DNA of 63,572 nt, filler included, from Choristocarpus tenellus KU-1152 (Eukaryota; Protista; Phaeophyceae), in assembly GCA_964200185.2 (NCBI GenBank). It is 9 parts of 9 records of this genome, joined end to end, with 100 filler letters (N's around TTAATTAATTAA, not from the genome) between each part and the next. Parts side by side here need not be neighbours in the genome. Positions count along the whole stretch, not along the records: positions 49,169 to 63,572 come from CAXNAD020001201.1; 8 more parts are not named here. The stretch is one strand, 5' to 3'. A program made the position numbers and the translations under genes. This document shows, in pieces, positions 62,333 to 63,572 of this stretch. A model generated the notes under the pieces. The model was not told the DNA's origin. It made no database searches and worked only from the letters and a program-made list of their open reading frames with translations. The first letter of the stretch is position 1. Each line of letters starts with the position of its first letter.

Positions 62333-63572
62333 ATGTATATACCATTGCATTTGCGGTGCTAAACCTAAGCTACACGGTGTCATGACTACAATGATAGGGA
62401 ATGTGCAAAAGCTATTCTGATCCTACATCACAAACAATAGATGACATTGACACACAGAAACACATGCTCATGTGGAAAAAACATGAGTTTGCTGGAACCC
62501 CATAGGAAAGCAAATTATAAGCACTGCACAGTGGTTTGTTAGACTGGTAGACATAAATTTTTTGAAATATACCCCCCCAAAAGGGACCAAACCGTAGGTG
62601 CTGAGTATGTCAGATCTACATCACTGTTGAGGATTCAGAGCACAAGAGATTCCTGAATATGTCTGTGCCATTGCCTATAGAGTGCTTGTATCAAGCTTCT
62701 GCACACCCTGCTGCTGTGTTTGGTTTTTGGTAGCATTACTGGAATCTTGATGTGAATATGGCAGTACTTTAGCTTTTTGTTTTGGTGCATTCTCAGGAAA
62801 TGACTCAAAGATGATATCTTGATCAAGAAACATGAATCTGGAATGAGTGTATCAGGTTCTTGTACATTGCCGTGTGTGTTGTCCTTAGGTGCACAAGAAT
62901 ACACACTATGCTGAATATTTTTATCCCAACCATATAATTCTGCAACTCCTGCACCCATGAAGCACTACAATAGCATCACCCTATACATTTTGCAATTGAC
63001 CCTTTTCTTGTGGATTGTTTTTAGTATAATTTAAATACCTGATGTGTTGATGTATGAGTGGCATCAACTTATGATGCCAAGATTACAAGTGATGATAGTG
63101 CTATATGGTCCTACCATAAAATATACATTAAAATATATATAATTTCAGGTAGCATGCAAGTTGTAACGATATTATATGCACGTGGAGCAGGCCATGTTAC
63201 AGTGAAATGTGTCCTGTTTGCTCCACGTGCAGTAATTTTTATGTTCTACTCCATATACGGCATGGCCTGAGATGGGAGAGACAACCTAATTCAACTAAGT
63301 GCCCCTACATTTTCAGAAACCTTGTATCAAACCTTGTATCAACATGTTACACCCCCGCTCATATTGGTTACTCTAATTTAAGGCTGGACTTCGACTGGTG
63401 GGATGACCTTTGGTTCACCTTATGCATTTTGAATCGGTAGATGTGAGAAAATATCTCGTCACATAAAAAGAGACAACAGATACACTGTGAAAGTAGTGCA
63501 GATTTTGTTTTAGCAGCCCTAGGTTTTATGAAGCAGCTATATCTGACCCAAAGTATCTGGGGGGGGTGGGGG

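Noticed and set aside
60990-62958. Possible exons (YATRGLKWHSVLKEIDSILE; TM-like ORF 61644-61868)
   Set aside because: They could not be assembled into a coherent gene or assigned to a family.
1-63572. tRNA, rRNA, snRNA genes and CRISPR arrays
   Set aside because: None recognised by eye; tRNAscan-SE or Infernal would be needed to exclude them.

Overview
Eukaryotic, intron-rich genomic DNA. Flagellar genes, MYB, RDR and interstitial TTAGGG suggest a stramenopile, possibly a brown-algal type (inference). The window is nine contigs joined by artificial 100-nt spacers (44 N + TTAATTAATTAA + 44 N), so adjacency across spacers is not biological evidence. Spliced genes reconstructed by eye: a MYB-repeat transcription factor (-), a VTT/TVP38-TMEM64 membrane protein (-), the N-terminal part of an RDR1/2/6-like RNA-dependent RNA polymerase (-), SPAG6/PF16 (-) head-to-head with an EFCAB10-like gene (+), and tafazzin (+) tail-to-tail with TIM23 (-). 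Mobile DNA includes a degenerate Ty1/copia element, copia, pogo and Penelope remnants, two related MITE families and an unclassified ~290-bp bipartite repeat. The most notable signals are three frame-required GC-AG introns in tafazzin and TIM23, an in-frame TGA near the 5' end of the RDR, exon and acceptor duplications in the VTT gene, and the MITE/repeat system. I could not demonstrate a wholly new biological system. All coordinates were read by hand and may be off by a few bases.
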